Shown: one piece after another, positions 28,187-40,655 of the stretch
How the letters are laid out: the number at the start of each line of letters is the position of its first letter
How positions within the stretch are numbered: the stretch's first letter is position 1
DNA from: the human T2T-CHM13v2.0 reference genome, Homo sapiens
Direction: 5' to 3' (one strand)
DNA length: 64,000 bases
NCBI RefSeq assembly: GCF_009914755.1
Contig: NC_060934.1
Position numbers and translations under genes: made by a program
The notes under the pieces: model-generated
Database searches by the model: none
The model's input: the letters and a program-made list of their open reading frames with translations, nothing else
Told to the model about the DNA's origin: nothing

Positions 28187-30792
28187 CAGCTTCTTCCTCT
28201 CACAAATGACTATTGCATTAAATAATCTCATGATCCCTTGCAGCTGTAAGATATGTAGTCTTTTCAAAACACGATTCAGTCAAATGATGATAACAACAGA
28301 GTTCATAGCTTTTTAACTTTTCATAGCTATAAATTGAAGCATGTCATGGAAGAAAAAAGGACTCTATTAACTAAACAGGAATCCAGATAAAAGTTGTTTA
28401 CAGTGTCTTTTTTTAGAAGCAATATAAGCTAGAATTTTAAAAGTAATACAATTCTCTTTTGTATTTTTTTTCTGTGAAATAGATGGCAAATGTAAATAAA
28501 AGTCTTCTGTATATTTTAAAACTAAATGGAAAAATCTTCATAAAAAAGAATACCTACTCTCAGGCTGCAATCTCTTTATGCCAACTTTGTTCCCAGCTGG
28601 TTCAGTTTTGCTTTATAGCTGGTCATTTCTTAGAGGTCTGTAATGGAAATGCTGAAAGCACTATAAATGTTGCGGTACTAGTGGGTACTGCTGAAATAAT
28701 GGAGACTTTAATCACCACCTGGGTGGGGATAGAGGGAGAAGGCTCTCCTAGCATTCGAAGATATGGAAAATTCCTGGAGGAGAAACAAGCATTCGGGGGA
28801 TATTAGCGGAGTATTTCACCAGTGCCTTTTAACCAGAACAGCAGTTTCCATGAAAACAAGAGGTTTGTTGCGTGTGATGAATGGAGAGTGACTCGAAACA
28901 GGTACAGTCTGTTGTAGCAATTATTCCATAATGCATTACTCTATACTTATTAAGGCTACTAAGATAACAGTACTTTGTTATTTAGTATGGATTTTCCTAA
29001 TTGCAAAACACCGTATGATTTATTATACAGTCTATGATTAGACCAGGCTGAACCAATCAACACCCCCTTAATTACTAGTTGCTGTTATCCATGCACTCTA
29101 CCAATATCTGAATTCAGAAAGTTGTTAAGTTATCTCAGCCAGCAGCCAACATTACACATATTCTTCATAAATGCAAAAGGCTCATTTCATCAAAAGAGGA
29201 AGCCATTATGCCAAGAAAAATGGAACGCAGTTTATACAGGGGCAGATAAATTACTCCGTGTTAAAGAGAAAATCATTCAAGGTGTTGATCATATCCCGTT
29301 CTTGAGTAGAAGAGGGGAAAAACTGTGAAACCAGCATAAGCTACCAGTAGATAATATTTCATAAAATTAGCATGGCTGTCTTTTACTGAAGATGTCATTA
29401 TTCAAGTGAATACCAATGTCTTCCACTGGATAAAACCAGAATTTTAACACAGAGGGATTCATGGTAACTAATAAGTCATATACAATTGGTCATAGGCATG
29501 CAGGCAGTTCTTTATATTGTATCCTCACCAGATAGGAGCAATTTCAGCCTTAGGACTTTTAAACTACGTTCCCTTGTGAGGCAAATTATTTCCTTAATGA
29601 GGCCAAAAACAGGGATCAAACTAAAGGCTTTGGCTGCTGCCAAATAACACTGGACTTGCACTCAGCAGAACCCAGTGGGTGCTGGAGTGAGAGGGCAGAA
29701 GCTGGGCATGCACCTGCTCAGGCAGGACAGAGGCGTGAGATCTTCTGAGAAGCCCAGTAAGAGAGAAGGGCATTCAAGGGCCGGCAGAGAGGTCTGTGCA
29801 GCAGAGCCTGATCAGGAGGGACGTGGAGGAAAAGAACTGCTTATATGTAGGATAAATATCATTCTTTTTATATCTCAAACTTTTACCCCGAGACTAGGAA
29901 ATAGTTTCCTGCTTGGTACAAACTTTCCCCACCTGCATGCATGATGATGAGAAGTCATCCCTAAAAACTTCAGATGACAAACGGGGACCGCTACTGTAGG
30001 TCACTGCTGACCTCACTCACTGCTCCCCTGCCTGGGCATCCACACACAGCTGTGTAGAGGCTCTGGCTCCTGGAGGACACCTCCCAGCGGAAGCACAGAC
30101 CTGCCTGTCCTGCCGCTGTTCTCTCTCTCCTCTCTCTCTTTCTCTGACTCCTTCTCTCTTAGTCCCTCCCTCTCTCTCCTTCTCTCTGCCTCTCTTTCTC
30201 TAGTCCTTTAGGAATTTGCCCCTGGACCCTCCAGGCTGGTTCATATTCTGGTGTTTAGCCACCAACACTGCCCCTATTACCATCCTACTTGATAAGCTCT
30301 GTGCTGTCTCCTTCCCTGTGATTTTCCTTAACAAACTGTATTAGGAACACCTCGCAGGAACTCAGGTCCTCACAGCTGTGTCACTGCACCTAGCACCTAA
30401 TGCTTCCTGGGGGCATTTCTTCAATGACGCAGGGGAGAAGGCAAAGTGACCCTGAGCGCATGGGCTTCCGTGCCTTCTCCTGCAGAACCCCACCCACACC
30501 GATGGGTGACGCTCCTCTGCGGGCCTCACAGGGAGGGACAGGCGTGGCATGGTCCTCACCATCTCCCGTAAATTCGTGTAAAACCACCCCGATGGAATGG
30601 ACAGATGGAGCACATGCCCAGTCTTGAATCATAAGCCCTACAGACAATCCCAAGAGATCAAAATCCCTGAAGTCTAAAATCCTGAACAACTAAAACCCCC
30701 CAAATCACAATCACAGGATATAGTTGCATGGCGTTAGGAGGGACTATTACCTTGTTATTCTTCTTTATTCAGAATATTATGAATTCCAATGG

Positions 30793-31470
30793 AATCTCCA
30801 AACCATAATGACAGACTTGAATTTTGGTGCGATCAACGTTTCTACAGGTGAATTTCAAGGTATTTCCAATAAAATTTATTTCGTTTTCATACATCCCAAT
30901 GCATTAGGTGAAAAATTCAGATGGATCAGGTGAAAAATTCCGAATGCATTAAGTGAAAAATTCGGGTGAAAAATTCATTAGGTGAAAAATGCATTAGGTG
31001 AAAAATTGGCCACGAGATATGACAAGGAAAACTTCGATTTAAAATGTGCCATTGCCTGCAGTCGCGTTCCCTCCAGCTGATGATGTTCCAGGAGCTTTAA
31101 CGAATTAAATCTGCCTTTGCCTGAAGGAGTCCACGAGGCTCCTGGCTGGTTGAAAAATAATCACGTGCGAGGTAGGATAGGGAGACGCTCAGGCAACAGT
31201 GTGACTGTTCAGGCTTATTTGACAGATCTGTGGTCCACACATGAGTGCACACAGAGTGGGTTTCTGCATGCCTAAAACTACACAGGAGCGCAGCGCAGAA
31301 GACGGAAAAACTTAATAGGAAATACGCACTCCCGCGCGTGTCAACTCATAGAGGAATTCCAAGTGGAGCAGCACCACGCAGAAAATGCACGTGAATTGTA
31401 TTTTCCAAGGAGAACCATGTCCCAAAAGAAAAAAAGGCAGCTACTGATTTCGATGAAAGACTTCAAAATA
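30793..31470 (+). pseudogene. Decayed MULE-family transposase (C-terminal DDE region)
   Basis: Manual translation across frameshifts: QTIMTDLNFGAINVSTGEFQG..FHTSQCIR*KIQ..VAFPPADDVPGA..NELNLPLPE..WLKNNHVRGRIGR..DLWSTHE..LIEEFQVEQ. Confidence 0.8.
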
Positions 31471-31783
31471 CAGTTAATAATTATGAACAGCAGGCTTTTA
31501 CGGCCCATCTCCCATAGTTGCCAATGATCTATCCCTGTAAGACACTTTTTCAAATGTCAAATTTTTCTTTTAATTTTATTTAGTCTCTTTTTCTGTTTTC
31601 AGTTATTTTTCACTATTTTAAATTATGAACAGTTAATAATTATGAACAGTAGGCTTTTACGGCCCATCTCCCATGGATGCCCATAATCTATCCCTGTGAG
31701 ACACTTTTTCAAATGTCAAATTTTTCTTTTAATTTAGTTTAGTCTCTTTTTCTGTTTTTAGTTATTTTTCACTATTTTAAATT
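31470..31783. repeat. ~159-bp tandem duplication inside the MULE fossil
   Basis: ACAGTTAATAATTATGAACAG...CACTATTTTAAATT at 31470 and 31629. Confidence 0.93.
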
Positions 31784-34700
31784 GCCAGCATTTTCCTTTT
31801 TCAATTTGCTATGCAGTGAATTTCACCTTTGCATCATCTTCAATACTGGAGGTTTACCTTGTGTAGAGGCCTTGAGAGAGTTCTAATCTGTTCAGTGCAT
31901 TTTCTGCAAATGCAGCTCCGTAGAATACATTCTCGCCATGTTTTCATTGTGCGTGAACACTGTGCGTGTGTGTCTTCCTCAGTAAATGAAGAGATGTCCT
32001 TTTCCCACATCTGCATTGTGAGTGAGAACATTTCGCCAGATTGTGGCTCTTTAGGCGCGGCACACACGTGGTTTTTGATCCGTCTCATCAAAAGACTTGG
32101 AATGTCCATCGCGGTGCGGCAGAAGGTGGTGGTTATACAGCTGGGTGCACAGTTGCCCATCACAGTGATACGTGCTTAGAGAGTAAGCTTCTGGGCCGCT
32201 TTCTTAGACGGCCCCTCTGTTTTGCTTGTAACTGGCATGCCCGTGTGACCACGTTTGTGTACCTGGGTGTGTATGCTTGTGAAAATATGAATGCTGTTGC
32301 TGCCTATCTTATCAAGTAAAGGACCTATTAGTGTTGTCAGGTTGTCTATGTTTATCAAGTGAATCCCCCCTTTTTAACATGTAAATATATATACCTTTTA
32401 AAGAATTTTAAATTATTTTTTCCAGAATAATATTTTTCAGATTTTGATCTTTAAGGATCTCCACATTCAGGATTACAGGGTTCAGTATTGTGTCTTTTGA
32501 GATTATAGTGAGCTCCCCCTGACATGCACACAGATTTGTCCACATGCAGAGGCACGCCTATGCACACATTCACACACACACAAGGACACACACCACACAC
32601 ACACACGCACACACATGTGCTGCCCACAGCTTCTGGCCACGGCGTAGCATGCGGAGAGAAACTGGCATGAGCTGTGCTGTGTCTGTCTTAGAACCCTAAT
32701 TTTTGTAAAGGGGCCATGCATTTACTTTCGCATGAGCACCACACTCACTCTGTAGCCAGACCTACATTAACTCACCTGGCTCACCAGTTAAAGGATGCAG
32801 CATGATTTCATTGTCAAACATAGAGGATATAAAACGGGAAATTCGATAGGGTGGTTTCCGGTCTCCCCCTGAGGCCCTGGACCCTTGGCTTTGCTCACCA
32901 TGGGGGTCCCAGTGGGTGTGATGGAATTTCTTGGTGGTCGGCCTGGCCCCCAGAGACACTGTTCCCAGCCCCTCTGTGGGTTTCATGAGGGAATGAGAAG
33001 GAGATTTGAGGCATGACCCTGGGCTCCAGAAGAGGCCAGTGAGGGAAGAAGAGAGGATGTCTCCACTTCGGGCGTCTCTCCTTGGAAACACACAGAGCAG
33101 GGAGCGTGAGAATCTCAGCCTTATTCCTTCAAGCTGCAGGTTTCACTGAATGGCCCTAAACCTTCACAAACCCTTGCCCATGTTCTGTACAGCCCATAGT
33201 GTAGTTGCGATGGATGTTTGCAGAGATTTGAACTGGGCTGGAGCTGCTCTGGTCAGTAGGATATTAAACACGGGCACACTGGCAGCACCCGTTGTCAGGG
33301 CCACTGACGCCAGCTCTTCCCCCCAGGAGACATTTGCAGTTGGCTTGAAGGGTCGTGATCAACAATGTGGGCATGTCGGGAGAGACACCGGGACTTGTTA
33401 TTCAGGATTCAGAGAAACAGAACCCTCAGAAGGACACTGTGGCCCACATTGAGAAGGAGCCCAGCAAGGAGCTCGACCTACCTGGCATCCTTTCAGAAAT
33501 TATATGACACGTGAAACCAGACACTTCAAACACACTTGAATCCAAACCTTACTGCCGGGGAACAGTGACCGTCCCTCTGTTCACAGCTGGCCAAAGCTCG
33601 GACATGCCACACACCCAGCAATCCACCCAAAACACAAGCCCTACACTCCCAATTCCAATACCAGACCCTGAAGTCTTTGGTCTTGTTGGGGGAACGCCTC
33701 CACCTTTGAATCTGTATTGTGTCTTAGGTACTGGGCATTCCCTGTACCAGTTGGTTGGGGTTCTTAAACAGTTATGAAAACAATTAGGAGAAGAGAGGCC
33801 CAAGCAGAGGCTGGCTTGCTCTGGCAGCTCTTCCAGAGCCTTCCTCCATAGTGTGGATAAGCCCCAGTTCTCCTGCAAGGTGGAGCTCCAGCCACCAAGC
33901 CTCTTCCCGGAGGCCCGCACCTGTGTGTCCATCCTTGACAGTCCAGCATCACTAAGTTGATGTGTCACTGAGCACAGATACAGAATACTGAGAAATCTGC
34001 AGAACCTGTGATTTTAAACTACTGTGTGTGAGAGTAGTTGGTGACATACAGCAATTCTGCAGCAATTAAATGAATTGTCCAGCAAAAAGGAAGGGTCTGT
34101 TCCATTCCATTTCCCACAGTGGTGGTGTGGACGGACCCCAACCTGATGCCCGAGGCAGTGACAGGCACTGTTGTATGCTGTCTGTGGTGCTGCCCGGGGT
34201 GTCAGGAACACTGAGCGGAGTGCCAGGGAACGCCATTGCACACCTGCTTGTGGCTGGAGGAAGGTGCCTCCTGAGACGGCAGTGTCAGTGTCCAGGTAAC
34301 AGCAGGAGCAGGGCAAAGAGGCAAAGAACAGTGGGGTTGCTTGGGCCTGATATCAGGTAGGAAGGTTGAGGTTTCCCCCCCAGGAAATAAGAGGAGTTTC
34401 TGTTCTTCTGCAGAAAACAGGGAGACAGCACCTGCCCTCTTCTCACTCACGTGTTTTACCTGAGCAAGCTCTCTAGCCTGACACCAAATCCTAACAAAAC
34501 AGATGCTAACATTTTCTATTACACTTTTCAACTTAACATAAAGCATACTTTTTTGTTTTACAATAGAAACATTTCAGAAGAAAAGAGATAAACTGGACTA
34601 TACTTTAAAAATATGAAAATAAGAATAAAAGAACAGGAATTTAAATAACTTATTGTACTTATTAAGATGTAGGTAATACAGTGTTTTGAGCGAACAGGAG

Positions 34701-35444
34701 GCTCTTCTTTTCAATGGGACAAGTAAATAATATTTATTTCGTTTGAATTTTGTTAGGAAAATAAAAAGAAATCGAACCTTTAAATTATGTTTGCCTGACA
34801 GATTGGGTTGTGGCTGTGGATGCCAAGGAGAACCATCATTTTCTAAAGGGAAAATGTCTTTTTTTTTTTTTTTTTTTTTTTTTTTAGAGAATATTCTAGG
34901 CATTGCCATTCTCCAGCTCCTCATTCTCAGAACCTTGTTATCATTGTTTAAATAAAGCACTAACTAGGATGCCAACTTTAAGCTTAGAAGAGATTATGGT
35001 AAATGATTCTCTCTTTTCAAAAGTGATAAAGTCTTGTTGGTTAGCTTCAGCTCTATAACTGTCCTAGGGAGAGACCTAAATTTCCACTGAAGAGACGAAC
35101 GTTATATAAAATGTAGAATTTTTAAGAAAAGTCCCTGTAATGCCACTGATTCACTGCCTCATGAAGAATCATTTATGCTATGAAACTTTGGCAGTGGTGA
35201 AGTTGGACAAACAGACTGAAGGCTGCAAATTCTCCCAGAGATCAAGCGGCCAATTCTCTATTCACCGACTCTCAAAGTTTTGGGCTGTACCGAGTGAATA
35301 TCTGACCCCCATCCCCTCGGTGGGGACCTGAAACAGAATGCCCACCAAGCCTTACAGCCCCTGGAGGCTAGTATCCACAGTATCCTGGGTCCAGGAGCCT
35401 GTGGGATGGGACGACTTGAAATCAGCTTCAAAAAGCAAAGAAGC

Positions 35445-35750
35445 AGCCAGGCACAGTGGCTCATGGCTGTAATCCCAGCACTTTGGGAGGCCGAGGTGGG
35501 CAGATTGCCTGAGCTTGGGAGTTTGAGACCAGCCTGGGCAACACGGTGAAACCCTGTCTCTACTAAAATACAAAAAAAATTTAGCCAGGCGTTGTGGTGG
35601 GTGCCTGTAATCCCAGCTACTCAGGAGGCTGAGGCAGGAGAATTGCTTGAACCAGGGAGGCTGAGGTTGCAGTGAGCCAAGATTGGGCCAGTGCACTTCA
35701 GCCTGGGTGACAGAGAGAGACTCTGTCTCCAACAACAACAACAACAAAAA
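35445..35750 (+). mobile_element. Alu (AluS) with (CAA)n tail
   Basis: Full dimer, TSD AAAAAGCAAA(G/T)AAGC. Confidence 0.97.
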
Positions 35751-36065
35751 GCAAATAAGCACAGGAGGTTAATAGATGAGAAAAGCTGCGTGTCGAGAGA
35801 ACTGTGAAGAATGGCTTAAGACTGGAGAGCTGCCTGGGCGAGAGACCGGGGCTTTCCTTGTTTTCAAAGAATTCTTCCCAATCTGAGGTTTAAAATACCT
35901 GTGAGAGAAGAGACGATGAACATTTAAAAGATATGCAAGAGTCGTAGGAAACATAGACAACATGTCTACCAAAATGGAGATGGAATCCTGGAGGAGAAGA
36001 CAGAGGACAAAACAGAAAAAGAAATAGCTGTCAACTTGGAATTCTGTATTTCCTTATGTTATTGT

Positions 36066-36439
36066 TGCTGGGGTTTGAATATGTCCCCCCAAAAGTATGT
36101 GTTAGAAACGTAATCACTGATGCAACAATGTTATGTGGTGGGACCTTTAAGAGGTGACTAGGTCATGAGGGCTGTGCCTTCATGAATTAATTAATTTAAT
36201 TAATGCCATTAGCATGGGAGTGGGGTCCTTATCAAAGAATGAACTCGGCCATCTCTTGCTCTGTCTCACCTATGTGATGCCTATCACCATGTTATGATGT
36301 GGCAAAGAGGCCCCCCAAGATGCCAGTAACCCCATCTTAGACTTCCCAGCCTCCAGAACCATGAGATCTAAATATCTGTTTATAATAAATTGCCCAGTCT
36401 GTGATATTTTGTTATAGCAGCACAAAATGGACTAATAAA
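36066..36439 (+). mobile_element. MSTC/MSTD-like MaLR LTR
   Basis: GGTTTGAATATGTCCCCCCAAAA..GGGACCTTTAAGAGGTGA..GCAGCACAAAATGGACTAA. Confidence 0.88.
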
Positions 36440-36464
36440 AGGGTAAGATAAAAATATTTTAGGT

Positions 36465-36790
36465 CAAGAAGAGGAAAATAAAAGAAAAGAAGGAAGAAAG
36501 AAAGGAAAGAAGGAAGGAAGAAAGGAAGGAGGGAGGGAGGGAAGGAGGGAGGGAGGGAAGGAGGGAGGGAAAAGAAGAGAGGGAGGGAAGAGGAAGAAGG
36601 AAGGAAAGAAAAAAAGGAAGGAAGAAAAGAAGGAAGGAAGGAGGGAGAGAAGGAAGGAGGGAGTGAGGGAGGAAGAAGAAGGAAGGAAAGAACGAAGGAA
36701 GGAGGGAGGGAAGGAAGGAGGGAGCAAGAGAGAAGGAAGGAAGGAAGGGAGGGAGGGAGGGAAAGAGGATAAAAAGGACAGAAGGAAACC
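36465..36790. repeat. GA-rich purine tract (GGAA/GGGA)
   Basis: Almost pure A/G. Confidence 0.95.
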
Positions 36791-37134
36791 GAGATGTTAC
36801 TGCTCACAGAGCATTGCTGAAAGCATCACCAAGGGAAAAAAAATGTGACTCTAGAAAAAAGATAAGAATGAGAGGGAAAAAAAGTGACAATCGAAGCAAC
36901 TAGTAAATATGTGAGTAAAATTGAAACACATTTTGACTATGGCAAATAAGAGTAAGTTCTGATTTGGGGGGTTCTGACCCACCCAGAACACATGAGAAAG
37001 GTGGGAATAATCTACTTGAGGTGATCTATTTTAAGTTTCTTGTGTTGTTTTCTAGAAATGTAGTCAGACTGATTAAGTTTAGATGTTATTAAATCAAGTT
37101 TGCATAGTGCACACTTAAGGACATGGAAAAATTA

Positions 37135-37620
37135 GAGTACTCATGCACTTCTGGTAGAATATAAAATAGTGCAGTTGCTTTAGAAAACAGTTTTCATTTT
37201 CTGAAAATGTCAATCATAGCATGTAGCTATGATTCAGCAATTCTGCTCTGAGGTGTCTACCCAACAGAAATGAGAACATATGTCCACAGAAAAACTTGCA
37301 CACAAGTTTTTTGTGTGCATTGTTTATAATAGCCCAAAGCAGAAACAACCCAAATGTCCATCAACTCATGAATGAGTACATAAAATGTGGCACATTAATA
37401 TAATATAATATTATTTGTCAGTAAAGAGGAATGAAATATTGATACATGCTATAACATAGATGAACTTTAAAAATGTGATGCTTTGCAAAAGAAGCCAGAC
37501 ACACAAGCCCAGATGTTATATAAATCCTGCTTATATGAAATATCTAAAAGAGACAAATCTACAAAAACAGAAAGTAGATTAGTGGTTGCTGAGGGGGAAG
37601 TGAGTGGAATGATATCAGGT
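37135..37620 (+). mobile_element. L1MB/ME 3' region
   Basis: CAGCAATTCTGCTC..AAACAACCCAAATGTCCATCAAC..AGTAGATTAGTGGTTGC. Confidence 0.88.
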
Positions 37621-38369
37621 GAGGGAGGGAGAGAAGGAGGTGGCGGAGACACCTGAGACTCCAGTTTCCTGAGAGAATTTGGGAAGATGGTGAGGATTCC
37701 CCCATCCAAAGCTACCAGCAGAGACGTCTATGTCTTCGGGATGGACCTGCCTTAGCTCACCTGCGTGCTTCATCCTTGGCCGGGGGAAACATGGCCTGAG
37801 CACGGACATGGAGATGGGTCTCGGGGCACAGTGGCTGGGACTTTTGTCAGTTACATTTCCCTCAGGGGCCAGAGACAGGTAGGTTTGAGGTTGCTACGCC
37901 GTCCACAAATGACAGGCCACAAAAACAACCCAGAAAAGTTATAGAAAAAGATTGGAAGACTACACTGAACAAATAAAAACTTACTTCACCTTTGATCTTA
38001 AGCACATGTAAAGAGTAATGGCATTATTTTTAATGGGGCATTACAGCTACAAAAGACCTTCACTGCGACCTAGGATTCACTTTCACTTACAGACAAAATT
38101 CCCGAGTGGTCTACCCAAGATTCTAGAGAGTCCTTGAGACAGATGGGAGCTCGATCCCAGAGTCGTGTGCACTTGTTTGGAAATGAAGGTATGATGTGAG
38201 AGGCCGTAAAGAAATCTAATTCCTAGGTGGAAGAACTGAGGATACCTGAACAAGGACCCCATCTATGACTGTGCTCTGCTGATCTCTGAGATGTGTTGTC
38301 AGCTTGTCTTGATTCAGACCTCTGTGCCAATTATCTGTTCTTGGAACTCAGGGTTTTAAAAACAATATA

Positions 38370-38693
38370 GTTTTCCATTCCCGCATTACTTCCCTTAGAA
38401 TAATGGCCTCCAATTCCATCCAGGTTGTGGCATATGTTCTCACACATAAGTGGGAGCTAAGCTATGAGGACACAAAGACATGAGTAGGATAAAATGGACT
38501 TTGGAGACTTGGGAGAGAGGGTGGGAGGGGGTGAGGGATCAAAGACTACCCACTGGGTATAGTGGACACTCTTCGGTGATGGGTGAGCCAAAATCTCACA
38601 AATCACCACTAAATAACTTATTCATGTAACCAAATACCACCTGTTCCCCCAAAGTTCTATAGAAATAAAAATAAAAACTAAAAATTAAAAAAA
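38370..38693 (+). mobile_element. L1PB 3' end with a 5' inversion (inverted 38370-38430, sense 38431-38693)
   Basis: Antisense GTTTTCCATTCC..TTAGAATAATGGCCTCCAATTCCATCCAGGTTG joined to sense CATATGTTCTCAC..poly(A); TSD AAAAA(C/A)AA(T/C)ATAGTTTT. Confidence 0.88.
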
Positions 38694-39426
38694 CATAGTT
38701 TTTGTTAAAACTGTCCTTTTAAATAAAGCAGAGAAAACAGAGACAAATAAGTTAGAGGATATTTTCTGAGATATTTTACCAAGCTTATGGTTATTCTTCC
38801 TCTTCTAGACTCTATGCCAGCACACAGCACACCCCTGACACACATATTCACATATAGTCCCTTACACACTTATGCATACAAGGCCTGAATACACACACCT
38901 GCACACATCACACAGTCTCTCTCATAATTTAGAGGACATTCATTGTCTTTGCAGCTATACTCTTAAATCATTCAAATAACTCTAGCTGGCTTGTCCCTGA
39001 GTTCTTTGTAGAGCTTGAAATATATCTTTTGAGGCAGGGGTGTTTGCTAAAATAAGAATACGAAATTACACATGTGAATAAGGAAGACACATTTATATTT
39101 GCTTAGAATGAACATAAACACATTGCAAGGCCCTCCCCAGGACTTGGGAGGGGCCTGTCCGTGGAACTCTAGATTCCTGAAGCTCAAGATTCCATAACTT
39201 CCTGGTAAATCTTCCCCCGATAGATAAGAATGTTTTTAAATCAAAGCAAAGGCCGCAGTTGATTTTACCACTGTTCCTAACCTTGTTTAGATGTGACCAT
39301 ACAAGATGATTTGAAATAAGACCACACATAGTTAGGCCTTTCTTTGATATCCCTAAGTTTGAGACACTTTGACCGTAATTGTCAGCTCTGGGTACTGATC
39401 CCTTCCCATTTAGTGAACTCAAGCTC

Positions 39427-39633
39427 CAAGCTGTCTGTATGAGACTTCCATGGGGAGGCTGAGGTGGGGTAGGTGGAGGTTAGGACGGCTGGTAGTGAGG
39501 GCCCTGGTATGTGGTGGGGCCATTCTGTTAACTCAAGCTCTTTGTATGAAGCTTCCATGGGGAGGCTGAGATGAGGTTGCTGGAGGTCAGGAAGGCTGGT
39601 AGTGAGGGCCTGAGTATGTGGTGGGGCATCCTA
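39427..39633. repeat. Diverged ~107-bp tandem duplication
   Basis: CAAGCT..TGTATGA..CTTCCATGGGGAGGCTGAG..GGCTGGTAGTGAGGGCC..GTATGTGGTGGGGC at 39427 and 39534. Confidence 0.9.
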
Positions 39634-39704
39634 CAGGAACAGTGTGCTCCTTGTAGGATACTCCAGGAAAGGTTGGTGAAAAGCTTTTGCCCTTTGAAAA
39701 ATAT

Positions 39705-40655
39705 AGATAAGGCAACAAAAAGGCAATCCACAGACTGAGACAAAATTTTGGAGAACATATATTCAACAAAGGGCTTGTATTCAGAATATAAAAGGAAATA
39801 TGAACACACACACAGACACACACGCACACGTCTTAGTAATAAGGAGAAAAGAGACCTCAATGATTAAAAGTGCTCAAAGATTTGTAGACACTTCACCAAA
39901 GAAGATATATGAATGGCAAGCACATAGAGGAAAGATGCTTAACATCACTAGCTTTCAGAAAATGCAAATGAAACCAAAATGCAACATTGTTGTGCCCACT
40001 AAAATGGCTAAATGTAAAAAGGCTGACAATACTAAGTGTTGGTGAAGACGCAGAGTGAATGGAACTTTCATTTATTGCTGGTGGAAATGAAAAATGGTAC
40101 AGCTACTCTAAAAACTAGTCAGAATCTTAGAAGGTTTAGCATATACTTACTGTATGACCCAACAAACTCACTCCTCCTATTTCTCAAAGAGAAATAGAAA
40201 CATGTCTTCGCAAACATGTACACACATGTTTATAGCAGCATTATTCTTAATAGCCAAATACTGGAAGCAGCCCAGATGCTTATTGGCTTTGGTGAATGCA
40301 TAAATACCATGGAGTATCCACACAATGGAATACTACCCAGTAATAGAAAGGAACAAAATAGTATCACATGTCACAACATGGATGGATGTCAAAGACATTA
40401 TGCTAAGTTAAGGAATTCAAACACAAAAAAGGCACATGCCATATTATTTCATTCTTATGAAATTCTATAAAAAGCAAAACCATCATGTCAGAGAGCAGAC
40501 CAGCATTGGCCTGGAGCTAGGGATTGGAGGAGAGGATCAATTGCAAAGTCACACAGGTAACTTTTTGGTCAATGAAACTGTTCCCTATCTTGATTGTGGT
40601 GATAGTTACACAACTGTATACTTTTACCTAAAGGTATCCAACTTTGTCTTAAAAA
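39705..40655 (+). mobile_element. L1M (L1MD/ME-like) ORF2 end and 3' UTR
   Basis: AGACACTTCACCAAAGAAGATATA..CATGTTTATAGCAGCATTATTC..CTTGATTGTGGTGATAGTTACAC. Confidence 0.88.

Larger units (their letters stand above)
30620..32517 (+). mobile_element. Ricksha-type MULE (Mutator-like) DNA transposon fossil
   Basis: Termini with AATCCC/AAATCC subrepeats (GATCAAAATCCCTGAAGTCTAAAATCC ... GATTTTGATCTT..GAGATTAT) and internal MULE transposase remnants. Confidence 0.85.

Noticed and set aside
28483-28806. 107-aa ORF starting right after a polypyrimidine-AG
   Set aside because: No recognisable protein similarity, no convincing donor or partner exons
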